DNA of 64,000 nucleotides from Acidimicrobiia bacterium. GTDB taxonomy: Bacteria; Actinomycetota; Acidimicrobiia; Acidimicrobiales; JANYDT01. Shown piece by piece: positions 28,745 through 38,156 of the stretch (positions are counted from its first letter, which is position 1; each line of letters begins with the position of its first letter). The stretch lies in assembly GCA_043720595.1 (NCBI GenBank), contig JAYSSK010000206.1:7016-71015 (forward strand). Direction: 5' to 3'. The notes below the pieces were generated by a model, which worked only from the letters and a program-made list of their open reading frames with translations, ran no database searches and was not told the origin of the DNA. The position numbers and the translations under genes were made by a program.

Positions 28745-29815
28745 ATGAAACTCACCCGCAGCGCAATCGCTGCGACGATCGCAGTCACCGGAGCAATTCT
28801 CGTCGCTCCAGCCGCGAACTCGCAGGATCAGAAAGCCGTTGCCTTGATGTTCGACCTCACCGGCCGCGGCGACAAGTCGTTCAACGACGCAGCAGCCGCC
28901 GGCCTCGACAAGGCCAAGGCCGAGTTCCCAACCCTGAAGGCGACCGAGTCGGTTCCTTCCGGCGCAGACGGCGACCGTGCCGAACGTCTGAAGACCGTCC
29001 TCGCAGACAAGAACGGCCTTGTCATCTGCGTAGGCTTCCTCTGGACCCCAGACTGCTCGAAGGGCGCTAAAGCCAACCCAGGCGTGTACTTCGCGTCGAT
29101 CGACGACAACCTGTCAGACCAGGACGAAGGCGCCAACAAGGGCAAGCCGTTGCCCAACGCTGCGGGCTTCACGTTCGCCGAGCACGAAGGCTCGTACCTC
29201 GTTGGCTACATCGCTGGCCTGAAGACCAAGACCAACAAGGTCGGCTTCATCGGTGGCGTCGAGATCGACCTCATCAAGAAGTTCGAAGCTGGCTTCGAAG
29301 CAGGCGCAAAGGCAGCCAACAAAAAGGTCAAGATCACCCAGAAGTACGCCTCGCAGCCTCCAGACTTCTCTGGCTTCACCGACGTGCCAAAGGGCAAGGC
29401 TCTTGCCGCAGCGATGTACAAGAGCGGCATCGACGTGATCTACGTCGCAGCAGGTTCAACCGGTAACGGCGCATTCATCGCAGCCAAAGAATCCGGCAAG
29501 AAGCCAGGCACGATTTACGCCATCGGCGTGGACTCCGACCAGTACCAGACCATCTCGGTAGCCAACGGGCGTGACTACATCCTCAGCTCGATGCTGAAGA
29601 AGGTCGACGTCGCTGCATACACCGCCATCAAGGGTTACGTGAATGGCACACCGGTCACCGGAGCACAGACTCTTGACCTCAAGGCCGGCGGCGTGGACTT
29701 CTCCAAGACCAACAAGAAGCTGCTGGACGCAAAGACCATCGCCAAGGTCGATGCCGTGAAGAAAGACATCATCGCGGGCAAGATCAAGGTTGGCACCACG
29801 CCGACGCGCAAGTAA
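28745..29815 (+). CDS. BMP family ABC transporter substrate-binding protein (nucleoside/purine)
   Basis: GRGDKSFND, FAEHEGSYLVG, VGFIGG, IGVDSDQ and SMLKKVD. GGAGG upstream of ATG 28745. Confidence 0.93.
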   Translation: MKLTRSAIAATIAVTGAILVAPAANSQDQKAVALMFDLTGRGDKSFNDAAAAGLDKAKAEFPTLKATESVPSGADGDRAERLKTVLADKNGLVICVGFLWTPDCSKGAKANPGVYFASIDDNLSDQDEGANKGKPLPNAAGFTFAEHEGSYLVGYIAGLKTKTNKVGFIGGVEIDLIKKFEAGFEAGAKAANKKVKITQKYASQPPDFSGFTDVPKGKALAAAMYKSGIDVIYVAAGSTGNGAFIAAKESGKKPGTIYAIGVDSDQYQTISVANGRDYILSSMLKKVDVAAYTAIKGYVNGTPVTGAQTLDLKAGGVDFSKTNKKLLDAKTIAKVDAVKKDIIAGKIKVGTTPTRK

Positions 29816-29865
29816 CACCAACGCAACATATGAAGTTGGCCAGACTCATTTCGTCTGGCCCGAAC

Positions 29866-29900
29866 AACGGGGCGGCCTCAGGCCGCCCCGTTTCGTTTCT
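29866..29900 (+). terminator. Strong hairpin (terminator or mRNA-stabilising) between the SBP and ATPase genes
   Basis: AACGGGGCGGCC-TCA-GGCCGCCCCGTT followed by TCGTTTCT. A second hairpin GGCCAGAC/GTCTGGCC lies at 29838-29860. Confidence 0.7.
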
Positions 29901-29914
29901 GATAGGAACAACAC

Positions 29915-31456
29915 GTGAGCAACCTCGCAATTGAACTGCGCGACATTGTGAAGCGATTCCCAGGGGTGGTGGCGAACGACGGAGTGAACCTCAAAGTCGA
30001 GAACGGCAGCATCCACGCGATCATCGGTGAGAACGGTGCCGGGAAGTCGACGCTGATGAAGACGCTCTACGGGGCGCACCAGGCTGACGAGGGCACCATC
30101 AGCGTGAACGGTGTGCCCAAGGTGTTCAAGTCTCCGAAGGACGCCATCGCCGAAGGCATCGGCATGGTGTTCCAACACTTCATGCTGGCCGACAACCTCA
30201 CCGTTTGGGAGAACGTCGTGTTGGGTGACGAACCCGGTTCCGGATTCGCCATCAACTCGAAGAAGGCCCGCCAGCGCATCACCGAGCTCAGCGAGAATTA
30301 CGGGCTCGACGTCGACCCCGACGCGATGATCAGCGATCTCGGAGTTGGGCAACGCCAGCGGGTCGAAATCTTGAAAGTGCTCTACCGCGGCGCCCGCATC
30401 CTCATCCTCGACGAACCCACTGCTGTGCTGGTGCCCCAGGAAGTCGACGAGCTCTTCGCTTCGCTGCGTGAACTCGTGGCTCAGGGTGCCACCATCATCT
30501 TCATCTCGCACAAGCTGCTCGAGGTGCTGCGCGTGGCCGATGCAATCACCGTCATTCGTGCAGGCAAGACAGTCGCCGAGGTCAGCGATCCCAAGTCTGT
30601 CACTGCACGCGATCTCGCGGAACTCATGGTCGGCTCCGAGTTGCCCACCCCCGAGACGACAGGAACCACCGTCACAGACCACGTCCTGCTCCAGCTCGAC
30701 GGAGTTGAAGTTCCGCGGTCGGCTGGCGGAGCGGGCAGCAAGACATTGGCAATCAGACGCGTCTCGTTAGCTGTCCATGCCGGCGAAGTGTTGGGCATCG
30801 CCGGTGTCGAGGGAAACGGGCAGGCAGAACTGCTCGAGGCAATCATGGGTGTCCGACCGATGACCGCAGGCACCATCCGCTTCGACGGAACCGACATCAC
30901 TCGTTGGTCCACGAAACAGCGCCGCGAAAGTGGCATCGGATACGTGCCGGAAGATCGGCACCGAGACGGTCTTGTGCTGACGTTTCCCCTGTGGGAGAAC
31001 GCTGCGCTCGGCCACCAGGGTGCCACTCCGTTCTCCAACGGGACCTTGATGAATGCCTCCGGAGCCAGGGAGTTCACGCAACAGGTCATCGACGCGTTCG
31101 ACGTTCGAACGCCCGGTACAGACGTTGCGGCTCTTGCGTTGTCAGGGGGTAACCAGCAAAAACTCATTGTGGGCCGAGAAATGCTGACCAACCCCAAGGT
31201 GTTGGTTGCCGCGCACCCAACGCGCGGCATCGACGTGGGTGCACAAGCAGCTGTATGGGACTCCATGCGAGACGCACGAGCAAAGGGACTTGGCATCCTG
31301 CTCATCTCCGCCGACCTCGAAGAGCTCATCGGGCTGTCCGATCGCCTGCTGGTGCTCTTCCACGGAGAGCTCGTCGCCGAACTCGACCCGTTGCACATCA
31401 CTTCTGCCGAACTGGGCAGCTACATGACCGGAGCAAAGGCAACCACGTCCGCATGA
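29915..31456 (+). CDS. Nucleoside/sugar ABC transporter ATP-binding protein (two NBDs)
   Basis: GENGAGKST, LILDEPT, LSGGNQQK and PTRGIDVG. Confidence 0.96.
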   Translation: MSNLAIELRDIVKRFPGVVANDGVNLKVENGSIHAIIGENGAGKSTLMKTLYGAHQADEGTISVNGVPKVFKSPKDAIAEGIGMVFQHFMLADNLTVWENVVLGDEPGSGFAINSKKARQRITELSENYGLDVDPDAMISDLGVGQRQRVEILKVLYRGARILILDEPTAVLVPQEVDELFASLRELVAQGATIIFISHKLLEVLRVADAITVIRAGKTVAEVSDPKSVTARDLAELMVGSELPTPETTGTTVTDHVLLQLDGVEVPRSAGGAGSKTLAIRRVSLAVHAGEVLGIAGVEGNGQAELLEAIMGVRPMTAGTIRFDGTDITRWSTKQRRESGIGYVPEDRHRDGLVLTFPLWENAALGHQGATPFSNGTLMNASGAREFTQQVIDAFDVRTPGTDVAALALSGGNQQKLIVGREMLTNPKVLVAAHPTRGIDVGAQAAVWDSMRDARAKGLGILLISADLEELIGLSDRLLVLFHGELVAELDPLHITSAELGSYMTGAKATTSA

Positions 31457-32547
31457 ACAACCTCAAGAAGACGCTCACCCCGGCGCTCATTGCACTCGCC
31501 ATCGCGTTCGCCATCGCGTCGGTGGTGCTCATCGCCTCGGGCCACAGCCCGCTTACTGCGTATCGAGCGATGTGGAAGAACTTCGCCACCCTTGACGGTG
31601 TGATCACGTCAGTCAACGTGGGGGCCCGCTACTACATCGCTGCAATCGCCATCGCTGTCGCGCTCAAGATGAACCTCTTCAACATCGGCACCAACGGCCA
31701 GTACCAGCTGGGCGCAATGTTCGGCGCAGTGGTGGGTGCCGCAGTCAAGCTGCCCGCCCCACTGCACGTCGTACTCACATTGGCCGTCGCAATCGCGGCC
31801 GGTGCCGCATGGGCAGCGCTTGTTGCGGTCCTGCACAACACCCGAAACGTTCACCCCGTCGTTGCAGCCATCATGCTGAACGGTGTTGCATCCTCGGTCA
31901 TCACCTACCTGATGCAAAGCAGTTGGACGAACTTCAAAGACCCTGCGCTGAAGGAATACGGCTCTACCCGGCCAATCCCTCGTTCGGGTCAGCTGCCGGT
32001 CTGGAAAGTGGGCGACAGTGTGCTGCAGAGCTACGTCTTGCTGGCCGTGCTGGTTGGCGTCGGTTTCTATCTGCTGGTGTACCGCACGCGATTCGGTTTC
32101 GAGCTGCGCGCCTCGGGTGGCAACCCCAGCGCTGCACGGTCGGCCGGCGTCGACCCGAAGCGAATGGTGCTCATCACCATGGCCATCTCTGGGGGCGTTG
32201 CGGGCCTCATCGGTATGGGCATCGTGCTGTCCTCCAACGATCAGCTCACCTACGGCGACCGGTTCCCCGGCTCACTCGGGTTCACCGGAATTGGCATTGC
32301 CCTGTTGGGTCGCAATCACCCTGCGGGCGTGGCAGCCGCAGCGTTTCTCTGGGCCGCCCTGGATCAAGGAGCTCGCGGCCTGGTGACCGTCAACATCACC
32401 GGCGAAATCGCCGTCATCCTGCAAGGTTCGCTGCTCTTCATCGCAGTCATCGTGTACGCGGTATGGGAACGTAAGTTCCTGGCAGCGACCATTCGAGACG
32501 CCGCGGCCCGAACTGCTGCGGTACGCAAGGAAACGGCACCAGCATGA
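31453..32547 (+). CDS. Nucleoside ABC transporter permease
   Basis: LFNIGTNGQ, RTRFGFELRASG and GFTGIGIALLG. ATGA overlap. Confidence 0.93.
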   Translation: MNNLKKTLTPALIALAIAFAIASVVLIASGHSPLTAYRAMWKNFATLDGVITSVNVGARYYIAAIAIAVALKMNLFNIGTNGQYQLGAMFGAVVGAAVKLPAPLHVVLTLAVAIAAGAAWAALVAVLHNTRNVHPVVAAIMLNGVASSVITYLMQSSWTNFKDPALKEYGSTRPIPRSGQLPVWKVGDSVLQSYVLLAVLVGVGFYLLVYRTRFGFELRASGGNPSAARSAGVDPKRMVLITMAISGGVAGLIGMGIVLSSNDQLTYGDRFPGSLGFTGIGIALLGRNHPAGVAAAAFLWAALDQGARGLVTVNITGEIAVILQGSLLFIAVIVYAVWERKFLAATIRDAAARTAAVRKETAPA

Positions 32548-33872
32548 GCCCCGTTACGGACACGACGAACGGCCCCAGTGGTGCCCACCCTTCCCCACGG
32601 AGCGTCGCCGACCATCCCGTGGTTCACAGACTGTTGGCAGCCAAGTGGCAACGTGCGGCTGCAGCGTTCTTCGGGTTCGTCGTGCTGCTCACCATCGCCG
32701 GCCGCCTGTTCAGCTCACGCGGTGAGGACGGCAGCGGGGCCGGCCTCACCGGATCATCCACCATCAGCACCGCACTCGGGTTTGCGGTCCCGGTGGTGCT
32801 GGCAGGTCTCGGCGGGCTCGTCTGCGAACGAGCCGGCATCATCAACATCGGCCTCGAAGGGATGATGATCCTGGGTACTTGGGGAGCTGGCCTGCTTGGT
32901 TGGCACATGGGGCCATGGGGCGCACTGCTTGGCGGGCTCATCGGAGGACTCCTCGGTGGAGCACTACATGCCCTCGCCACAGTGACGTTCGCCGTTGATC
33001 AAACAGTTTCCGGCGTTGCTATCAACATTGCGTCCCTCGGCATCTGCCGATACCTCAGCGACATCTTCTTCAACGGAAAAGGCAGCGAGGGAGACCTTGG
33101 CACCATTGCGGATTCACCGTCGGTCTCCAACTTCGGTTCCCGCTTCTCCGTCCCGTTCATTGGAGATCCATTGCAATCTTTGGAAGATCGGCATTGGTTC
33201 CTGATCTCTGACCTCGCCGGTGTGGTGCGTGGCCTCCTGGTCGATGTTGCCTGGAGTTCGTTGTTGCTGCTGCTCCTTGTGCCGGTGGTCTGGTACCTGG
33301 TGTGGCGCACGCCGTTCGGCCTGCGGTTGCGTAGTGCGGGCGAAAAGCCAGCAGCAGCAGAATCGCTCGGCGTCAACGTCATTCGCACCAAGTGGATCGC
33401 CGTCACCATGTCCGGCGGGCTTGCTGGCCTTGGTGGGGCGTGGCTTGTGCTCGACAGCTTGAAGTACCAACAGGGGATGACAGCCAACCGCGGCTACCTC
33501 GGCCTGGCCGCCATGATCTTCGGCAACTGGATGCCGGCAATGTTGTTCGTCGGCGCAATGCTCTTCAGCTTCAGCCAGTCGGTCGGTTTCCAACTCGGTT
33601 ACGAATCTCGCGCGCTCATTGGTGCAGTCGGCATGGCCTTTGCGCTCGGCACCATCTGGACGGCCTTTCGCCGCAAGGTGGTCCCTACGGCGCTGATGGC
33701 AGTCGTTTCCATCGGCATCCTCGTGTTCGCTGCCCGCAACAAGGCCATCAACGATGCCCTGATCAAGGCACTTCCCTATGTCCTCACGCTCGTCGTCTTG
33801 GCCGTAGCGTCGAAACGCCAACGTCCCCCGGCGGCATCAGGAATCCCATACATCAAGGGCCAAACGGGCTGA
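32544..33872 (+). CDS. Nucleoside ABC transporter permease
   Basis: ERAGIINIGLEGMM, RTPFGLRLRSAGE, GYLGLAAMIFGNW and LPYVLTL. Confidence 0.93.
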   Translation: MSPVTDTTNGPSGAHPSPRSVADHPVVHRLLAAKWQRAAAAFFGFVVLLTIAGRLFSSRGEDGSGAGLTGSSTISTALGFAVPVVLAGLGGLVCERAGIINIGLEGMMILGTWGAGLLGWHMGPWGALLGGLIGGLLGGALHALATVTFAVDQTVSGVAINIASLGICRYLSDIFFNGKGSEGDLGTIADSPSVSNFGSRFSVPFIGDPLQSLEDRHWFLISDLAGVVRGLLVDVAWSSLLLLLLVPVVWYLVWRTPFGLRLRSAGEKPAAAESLGVNVIRTKWIAVTMSGGLAGLGGAWLVLDSLKYQQGMTANRGYLGLAAMIFGNWMPAMLFVGAMLFSFSQSVGFQLGYESRALIGAVGMAFALGTIWTAFRRKVVPTALMAVVSIGILVFAARNKAINDALIKALPYVLTLVVLAVASKRQRPPAASGIPYIKGQTG

Positions 33873-33874
33873 CC

Positions 33875-34312
33875 GTGGCGTCGTTGCCTATCGACCATAT
33901 CGACTGGGAACCAATCAGGGCAGCAGCCAAGGCCGCCACTGCCTTTTCCTACGTGCCGTATTCGCGCTTACAAGTTGGCGCTGCGGTGCTGATGGACGAC
34001 GGCGTCATCATCACCGGGTGCAATGTCGAGAACGCTTCCATCGGGCTCACTTTCTGCGCCGAGATCACCTTGCTGGGCAGCATGCACATGGCCGGTTACG
34101 GGCGCGGGCACATGGTGGCGTTTGCGGCGACCGACCAGTACGACCGGCGGCTCACCCCGTGCGGGCGCTGTCGTCAACTGCTCATGGAGAACGGGGGTCC
34201 AGACCTGATAGTCGACGCTGCGCCAAACCCGCGGCCGATGCGTGAGCTTCTCCCGGACTGGTTCGGGCCCGAGGACCTGCCGGTGGCGATCGACGGGCCA
34301 GGCGACGGCTGA
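33875..34312 (+). CDS. cdd: Cytidine deaminase (homotetrameric type)
   Basis: YVPYS, GCNVENAS, CAE and PCGRCRQ Zn motifs. GTG 33875 follows the permease stop. Confidence 0.92.
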   Translation: MASLPIDHIDWEPIRAAAKAATAFSYVPYSRLQVGAAVLMDDGVIITGCNVENASIGLTFCAEITLLGSMHMAGYGRGHMVAFAATDQYDRRLTPCGRCRQLLMENGGPDLIVDAAPNPRPMRELLPDWFGPEDLPVAIDGPGDG

Positions 34313-34323
34313 CGTTGGTCCCA

Positions 34324-34377
34324 GCGGAGAAAGCTCCCCACATGATCGGCTCTGACCGGCGGAGCGGTTCGAGACAT
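34324..34377 (-). pseudogene. 5' remnant (18 codons) of a cobalamin-independent methionine synthase-like (Meth_synt_2) gene
   Basis: MSRTAPPVRADHVGSFLR matches the family N-terminal motif PPxRADHVGSxLRP. AAGAGG SD is present. Similarity ends about 10 bp from the convergent cdd stop. Confidence 0.7.
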
Positions 34378-34506
34378 GGCGGGACCTCTTGAATCCGCTG
34401 ATGCGGACGACCGCAGAATCTTCGGGAGCGTTCCGGCAGTCGGTCGCTGTGAAAATCAGCGACACCGACTGTGGAACGAACGACGCGTTCGACTCATACT
34501 TACTCG

Positions 34507-36150
34507 ATGACCGGATGGAACTATGCAGCAGTCTTCGAGGCCGTCGCCTCATCAGTACCAGACCAACTGGCTCAGGTCAGCGGGGAGCGCCGCTACACCT
34601 GGTCCCAGTTCGACGCACGCGCCGATGCGCTGGCGGCACACCTTCTGAAGAGTGGCCTGGGCGAACAAGCCAAGGTCGCGGCATACCTCACCAACTGCCC
34701 TGAATACCTCGAAACGTACTTCGCTGCGTTCAAGGCTGGAATGGTGCCGGTCAATACCAACTTTCGTTACGGGCCCGACGAGATTCGATACCTGTTCGAG
34801 AACGCCGATGCGGAAGCCGTGGTGTTCCACGCCGTCTACGCGCAGCTCATCGACAGCGTTCGCGAACAGCTTCCCAGCGTGCGCCAGTGGATTGTGGTCG
34901 ATGACCCTGGTGAGAGCAACGGAGCCGCTTCGGCGCCGTGGGCAACACCTTACAACTCGATTATCAGTGCACATAGCAATGTGGAAGGTCCGGTACGTGG
35001 TCCTTGGGGGCTGAGCGGCGACCACATGCTGTTCCTTTACACGGGCGGCACGACAGGCATGCCAAAGGGTGTGATGTGGCGCCAGGACGACCTATTCAAC
35101 GTGCTCGGCCGTGGTGGCCACGCCGCGTTTCAGCTTCCAGGTGTCGAGTCGCTCGACGAGTTGCGGACGAGAACCATCCCTATCCGGCCAGTCATGCTTC
35201 CGGCCTGTCCGTTGATGCACGGAACCGGTCAGTTCAGCGCGTTCATCTCAATGGTCTTGGGCGGTTGCGTTGTCACGAACCCAAACAGATCGTTCGACCC
35301 GGCCGAGCTATGGGACCTCGTTGAGGCGGAACGAGTCACCAGCCTTGTTATTGTCGGGGACGCGTTCGCGAAGCCGCTCCTCGCAGCACTCGACACCGCA
35401 CCGGGCCACTGGGACCTGTCCGCACTCACCATGATTTCAAGCAGCGGTGTGATGTGGAGCCAAGAGACGAAAGAGGGCCTCTTGGAGCACCTTCCACATA
35501 CCGTGCTCGTCGACAGCTACGGCTCGTCTGAGGCCGTGGGGTTGGGCGCCAGCGCTTCTTCCAAGGGCAACGCGGCAACCACGGCAGTGTTCCAGCTCGG
35601 GCCAACGGTGCACGTCTTCACCGAAGACAGCCAACGTGTTTCACCAGGGTCCGACGAAACCGGATTCGTCGCCATCAGCGGGTTCGTTCCCGTTGGCTAT
35701 TACAAAGACCCCGAAAAATCAGCTCGGACGTTTCGAACCATAGATGGCGTGCGTTATTCAGTGCCGGGAGACTTCGCCCGGGTCAACGCCGACGGGACCC
35801 TGCACCTTCTCGGCCGCGGGTCGGTCTGCATCAACACCGGCGGCGAGAAAGTGTTCCCGGAGGAAGTAGAAGAGGTGCTGAAAGTCCATGACCATGTTGC
35901 CGACGCGGTCTGCGTTGGCATCCCCGACGACCGCTTCGGTGAAGTCATATGCGCGGTTATCGAACAGTCGGCAATGGCCGAAGACACAGGGTTCGACCAG
36001 GATGCTGTCATTGCTTCGGTCGCGGCGAGGTTGGCAAAGTACAAGACACCGCGGTTAGTAGTGCTGGTCGACAGCATCGGACGTTCACCCGCAGGCAAAG
36101 TTGACTACAAGAACCTCACCGCAGCGGCCAGAGAGCGCCTCGGTCGCTAG
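34507..36150 (+). CDS. Acyl-CoA synthetase (AMP-binding, FadD19-like)
   Basis: LYTGGTTGMPKG, PLMHGTG, GYYKDPEKS and INTGGEKVFPEEVE. Confidence 0.93.
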   Translation: MTGWNYAAVFEAVASSVPDQLAQVSGERRYTWSQFDARADALAAHLLKSGLGEQAKVAAYLTNCPEYLETYFAAFKAGMVPVNTNFRYGPDEIRYLFENADAEAVVFHAVYAQLIDSVREQLPSVRQWIVVDDPGESNGAASAPWATPYNSIISAHSNVEGPVRGPWGLSGDHMLFLYTGGTTGMPKGVMWRQDDLFNVLGRGGHAAFQLPGVESLDELRTRTIPIRPVMLPACPLMHGTGQFSAFISMVLGGCVVTNPNRSFDPAELWDLVEAERVTSLVIVGDAFAKPLLAALDTAPGHWDLSALTMISSSGVMWSQETKEGLLEHLPHTVLVDSYGSSEAVGLGASASSKGNAATTAVFQLGPTVHVFTEDSQRVSPGSDETGFVAISGFVPVGYYKDPEKSARTFRTIDGVRYSVPGDFARVNADGTLHLLGRGSVCINTGGEKVFPEEVEEVLKVHDHVADAVCVGIPDDRFGEVICAVIEQSAMAEDTGFDQDAVIASVAARLAKYKTPRLVVLVDSIGRSPAGKVDYKNLTAAARERLGR

Positions 36151-36232
36151 CGTTACGGGCGCCGGGTCGGCCTGCGGATGCGAGATCAAGAGTGCACACG
36201 ATTCTTGACGGACTTGAGTTCCGCAACGAGTC

Positions 36233-37633
36233 CTACGCGTGCTTGCTAATGGGTCGGTGAGCGTTGAGCGAGGCTCTGTCGGCGGCGTCTCTCCCGGCGT
36301 GCCAGCCGGCCGCGTTGGAGATGGATGATCGGGTTGTGCGGACGTTGGGGAACACCTCGGCCTGGTGAGCCACAACCTGCTCGTGACGCGAAGCAAGGAC
36401 AGGCAGAAACGAACCGCCCATTTCGACTCGGGCATCTTCGGTTGCCACCTCGGCGGCTTCGCGGAGGCGCTCGCCGATGCGTAGCGCGAACGCAATGATG
36501 AACGTGCGGCGAAAAGATTTCGTACGGGAGGTACCGGTTCGGTCGACCGATCTGCCGGCGGCAACCATTGATGACGTCGCCTGGGTAAGGAGCGACGTGA
36601 AGAGCAGCTCGGAGATGTCGAGGTCTGCCGGGAAACCGAACACCGTGACCATGCCCAGCTCTGGTGCCATCACCGCCGAGCAGCGATTCGCTTCGGCCAC
36701 CACGGTGAGCAGAACCGCTTTGGCTTCGAAGTACGGGTCTTCGACGTGCACCCGCCTCGCTACAACGCCCGACACCGTCGGCGCGCCTGCGTCGATCATG
36801 GCGAGGTCGATGGCATGGCGAGCCATGAGCTGCTGTGCCTTCGCTGTGAGCGCGTCGGCCTCTTGGTCGAAGGTGGTGGACTCTGCTTTGGCCAACAGGC
36901 CCCGCACAGTGGCGAGGACCTTTTCATCGAGCGTTCCAGAAGCCGATCTTGTAGGCGGCGGCGCGATGGGGTGCGCGCTGGGCGGCGGAATGAACACCGG
37001 CATCTTTGGCAACCGCCGCAACGCGACGAGCAGTTCGATACCCGCGCGCAAATCGGCAATCAGGCGCATTTCTTCGACCAGCGAATACACCAGCGGGTCA
37101 TCGAAGATCGAGCCGACCGGCGAGGCGGCCGGATGGACACCCAGCGATTGCAGCTGGCGTTCCCACCGATCATCGAGAAAGCGGCAATCGGTTGTCTTCC
37201 GCTCGTGACACAGGGTGTTAACCAGGAGCACCCGGTGCTCCGGCGACTGCTGCTTCGAAACCACGTGCGCCAAATCCAACGGTTGCCACCCCCCGGCGAA
37301 CGTGGCACGAACCGCTTGAGTCAGTGCTGCATCGACGGCGGTCACCCCGGCCCGACGACCGTCGGAAAGGATCGCCGACGTGAGGCGCTCTAGTGCGAGG
37401 AGTAGCTCGGGTTCCATCCCCCGTAAGAACCACGAAATGGCTAGGTCGAGCTGATGCAGGGCGTTCGCCTGCAGATCTGCGTCAGAGCCGGTCCCTTGGG
37501 AGCGGGCCCGTCCTGGCTGCGCAGACGGATTCTGCCAGCGAGCCCATGCCTCGGCTTCGGCTTCGCCCCTGCTACTCGTCAGACGATCTCGTTGCCGGTT
37601 GCTGTCACGGCGCTTGGTGCTGTTGGAACTCAT
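36233..37633 (-). CDS. DUF2786 domain-containing protein
   Basis: VRGLLAKAESTTFDQEADALTAKAQQLMARHAID, ELLFTSLLTQA and GRDAADRASL. Confidence 0.85.
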   Translation of the reverse strand: MSSNSTKRRDSNRQRDRLTSSRGEAEAEAWARWQNPSAQPGRARSQGTGSDADLQANALHQLDLAISWFLRGMEPELLLALERLTSAILSDGRRAGVTAVDAALTQAVRATFAGGWQPLDLAHVVSKQQSPEHRVLLVNTLCHERKTTDCRFLDDRWERQLQSLGVHPAASPVGSIFDDPLVYSLVEEMRLIADLRAGIELLVALRRLPKMPVFIPPPSAHPIAPPPTRSASGTLDEKVLATVRGLLAKAESTTFDQEADALTAKAQQLMARHAIDLAMIDAGAPTVSGVVARRVHVEDPYFEAKAVLLTVVAEANRCSAVMAPELGMVTVFGFPADLDISELLFTSLLTQATSSMVAAGRSVDRTGTSRTKSFRRTFIIAFALRIGERLREAAEVATEDARVEMGGSFLPVLASRHEQVVAHQAEVFPNVRTTRSSISNAAGWHAGRDAADRASLNAHRPISKHA

Positions 37634-37704
37634 GGAGGCCGATCTTTACAGCAGGGTATGACAACGATGAGGTCCGGGCCGAACCGATCCTTGGCGAACA
37701 GAGA

Positions 37705-38118
37705 TCAGCCGTTAGCCTCAAGGCGTTCGCGGTCGCGTGTGCCGATAACTGCGTCGACCTCCACTTCGACCTTCCATTGCGGGTTCATCAGGCCGCTCAC
37801 CACAAGCATTGTGTTGGCAGGACGAATCTCCGAAAAGAGCTCCCCGTGGAGACGCTCGACGGCGTGAACGTCCGTTCGATCTGTCAGATAGACACGTGTG
37901 CGTACGACGTCGGCCAGGCTGCCTCCAGTTTCCATCAATGCTTTCTCGATGATGTCGAAACACCGTTGAAGTTGAGCCGTGACGTCTGGGGCACACGTTC
38001 CATCGGCGTTGACAGGTGCCGTTCCGCTGACAAAGACCATGTTGTCGACTCGAACGGCACGGCTGTAACCGACGATGAGCTCATAAGGCAGGCCGGAGGA
38101 GATGCGCTGGCGTTCCAT
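37705..38118 (-). CDS. RidA/YjgF family protein
   Basis: [25 protein letters not shown] and VEVEVDA. Confidence 0.92.
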   Translation of the reverse strand: MERQRISSGLPYELIVGYSRAVRVDNMVFVSGTAPVNADGTCAPDVTAQLQRCFDIIEKALMETGGSLADVVRTRVYLTDRTDVHAVERLHGELFSEIRPANTMLVVSGLMNPQWKVEVEVDAVIGTRDRERLEANG

Positions 38119-38156
38119 GGGGCAACCTTACAAAGGCGACCGTGCAACACTTGGTC

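Noticed and set aside
33392..33874. 306-aa ORF suggesting an extended cytidine deaminase
   Set aside because: The upstream part is an alternate frame of the permease. cdd begins at about 33875.
34430..34477. SAM-II riboswitch (minus-strand GCTGATTT resembles its 5' part)
   Set aside because: The rest of the consensus and the pseudoknot partner near the SD are not evident, so it is kept only as an unexplained hairpin.
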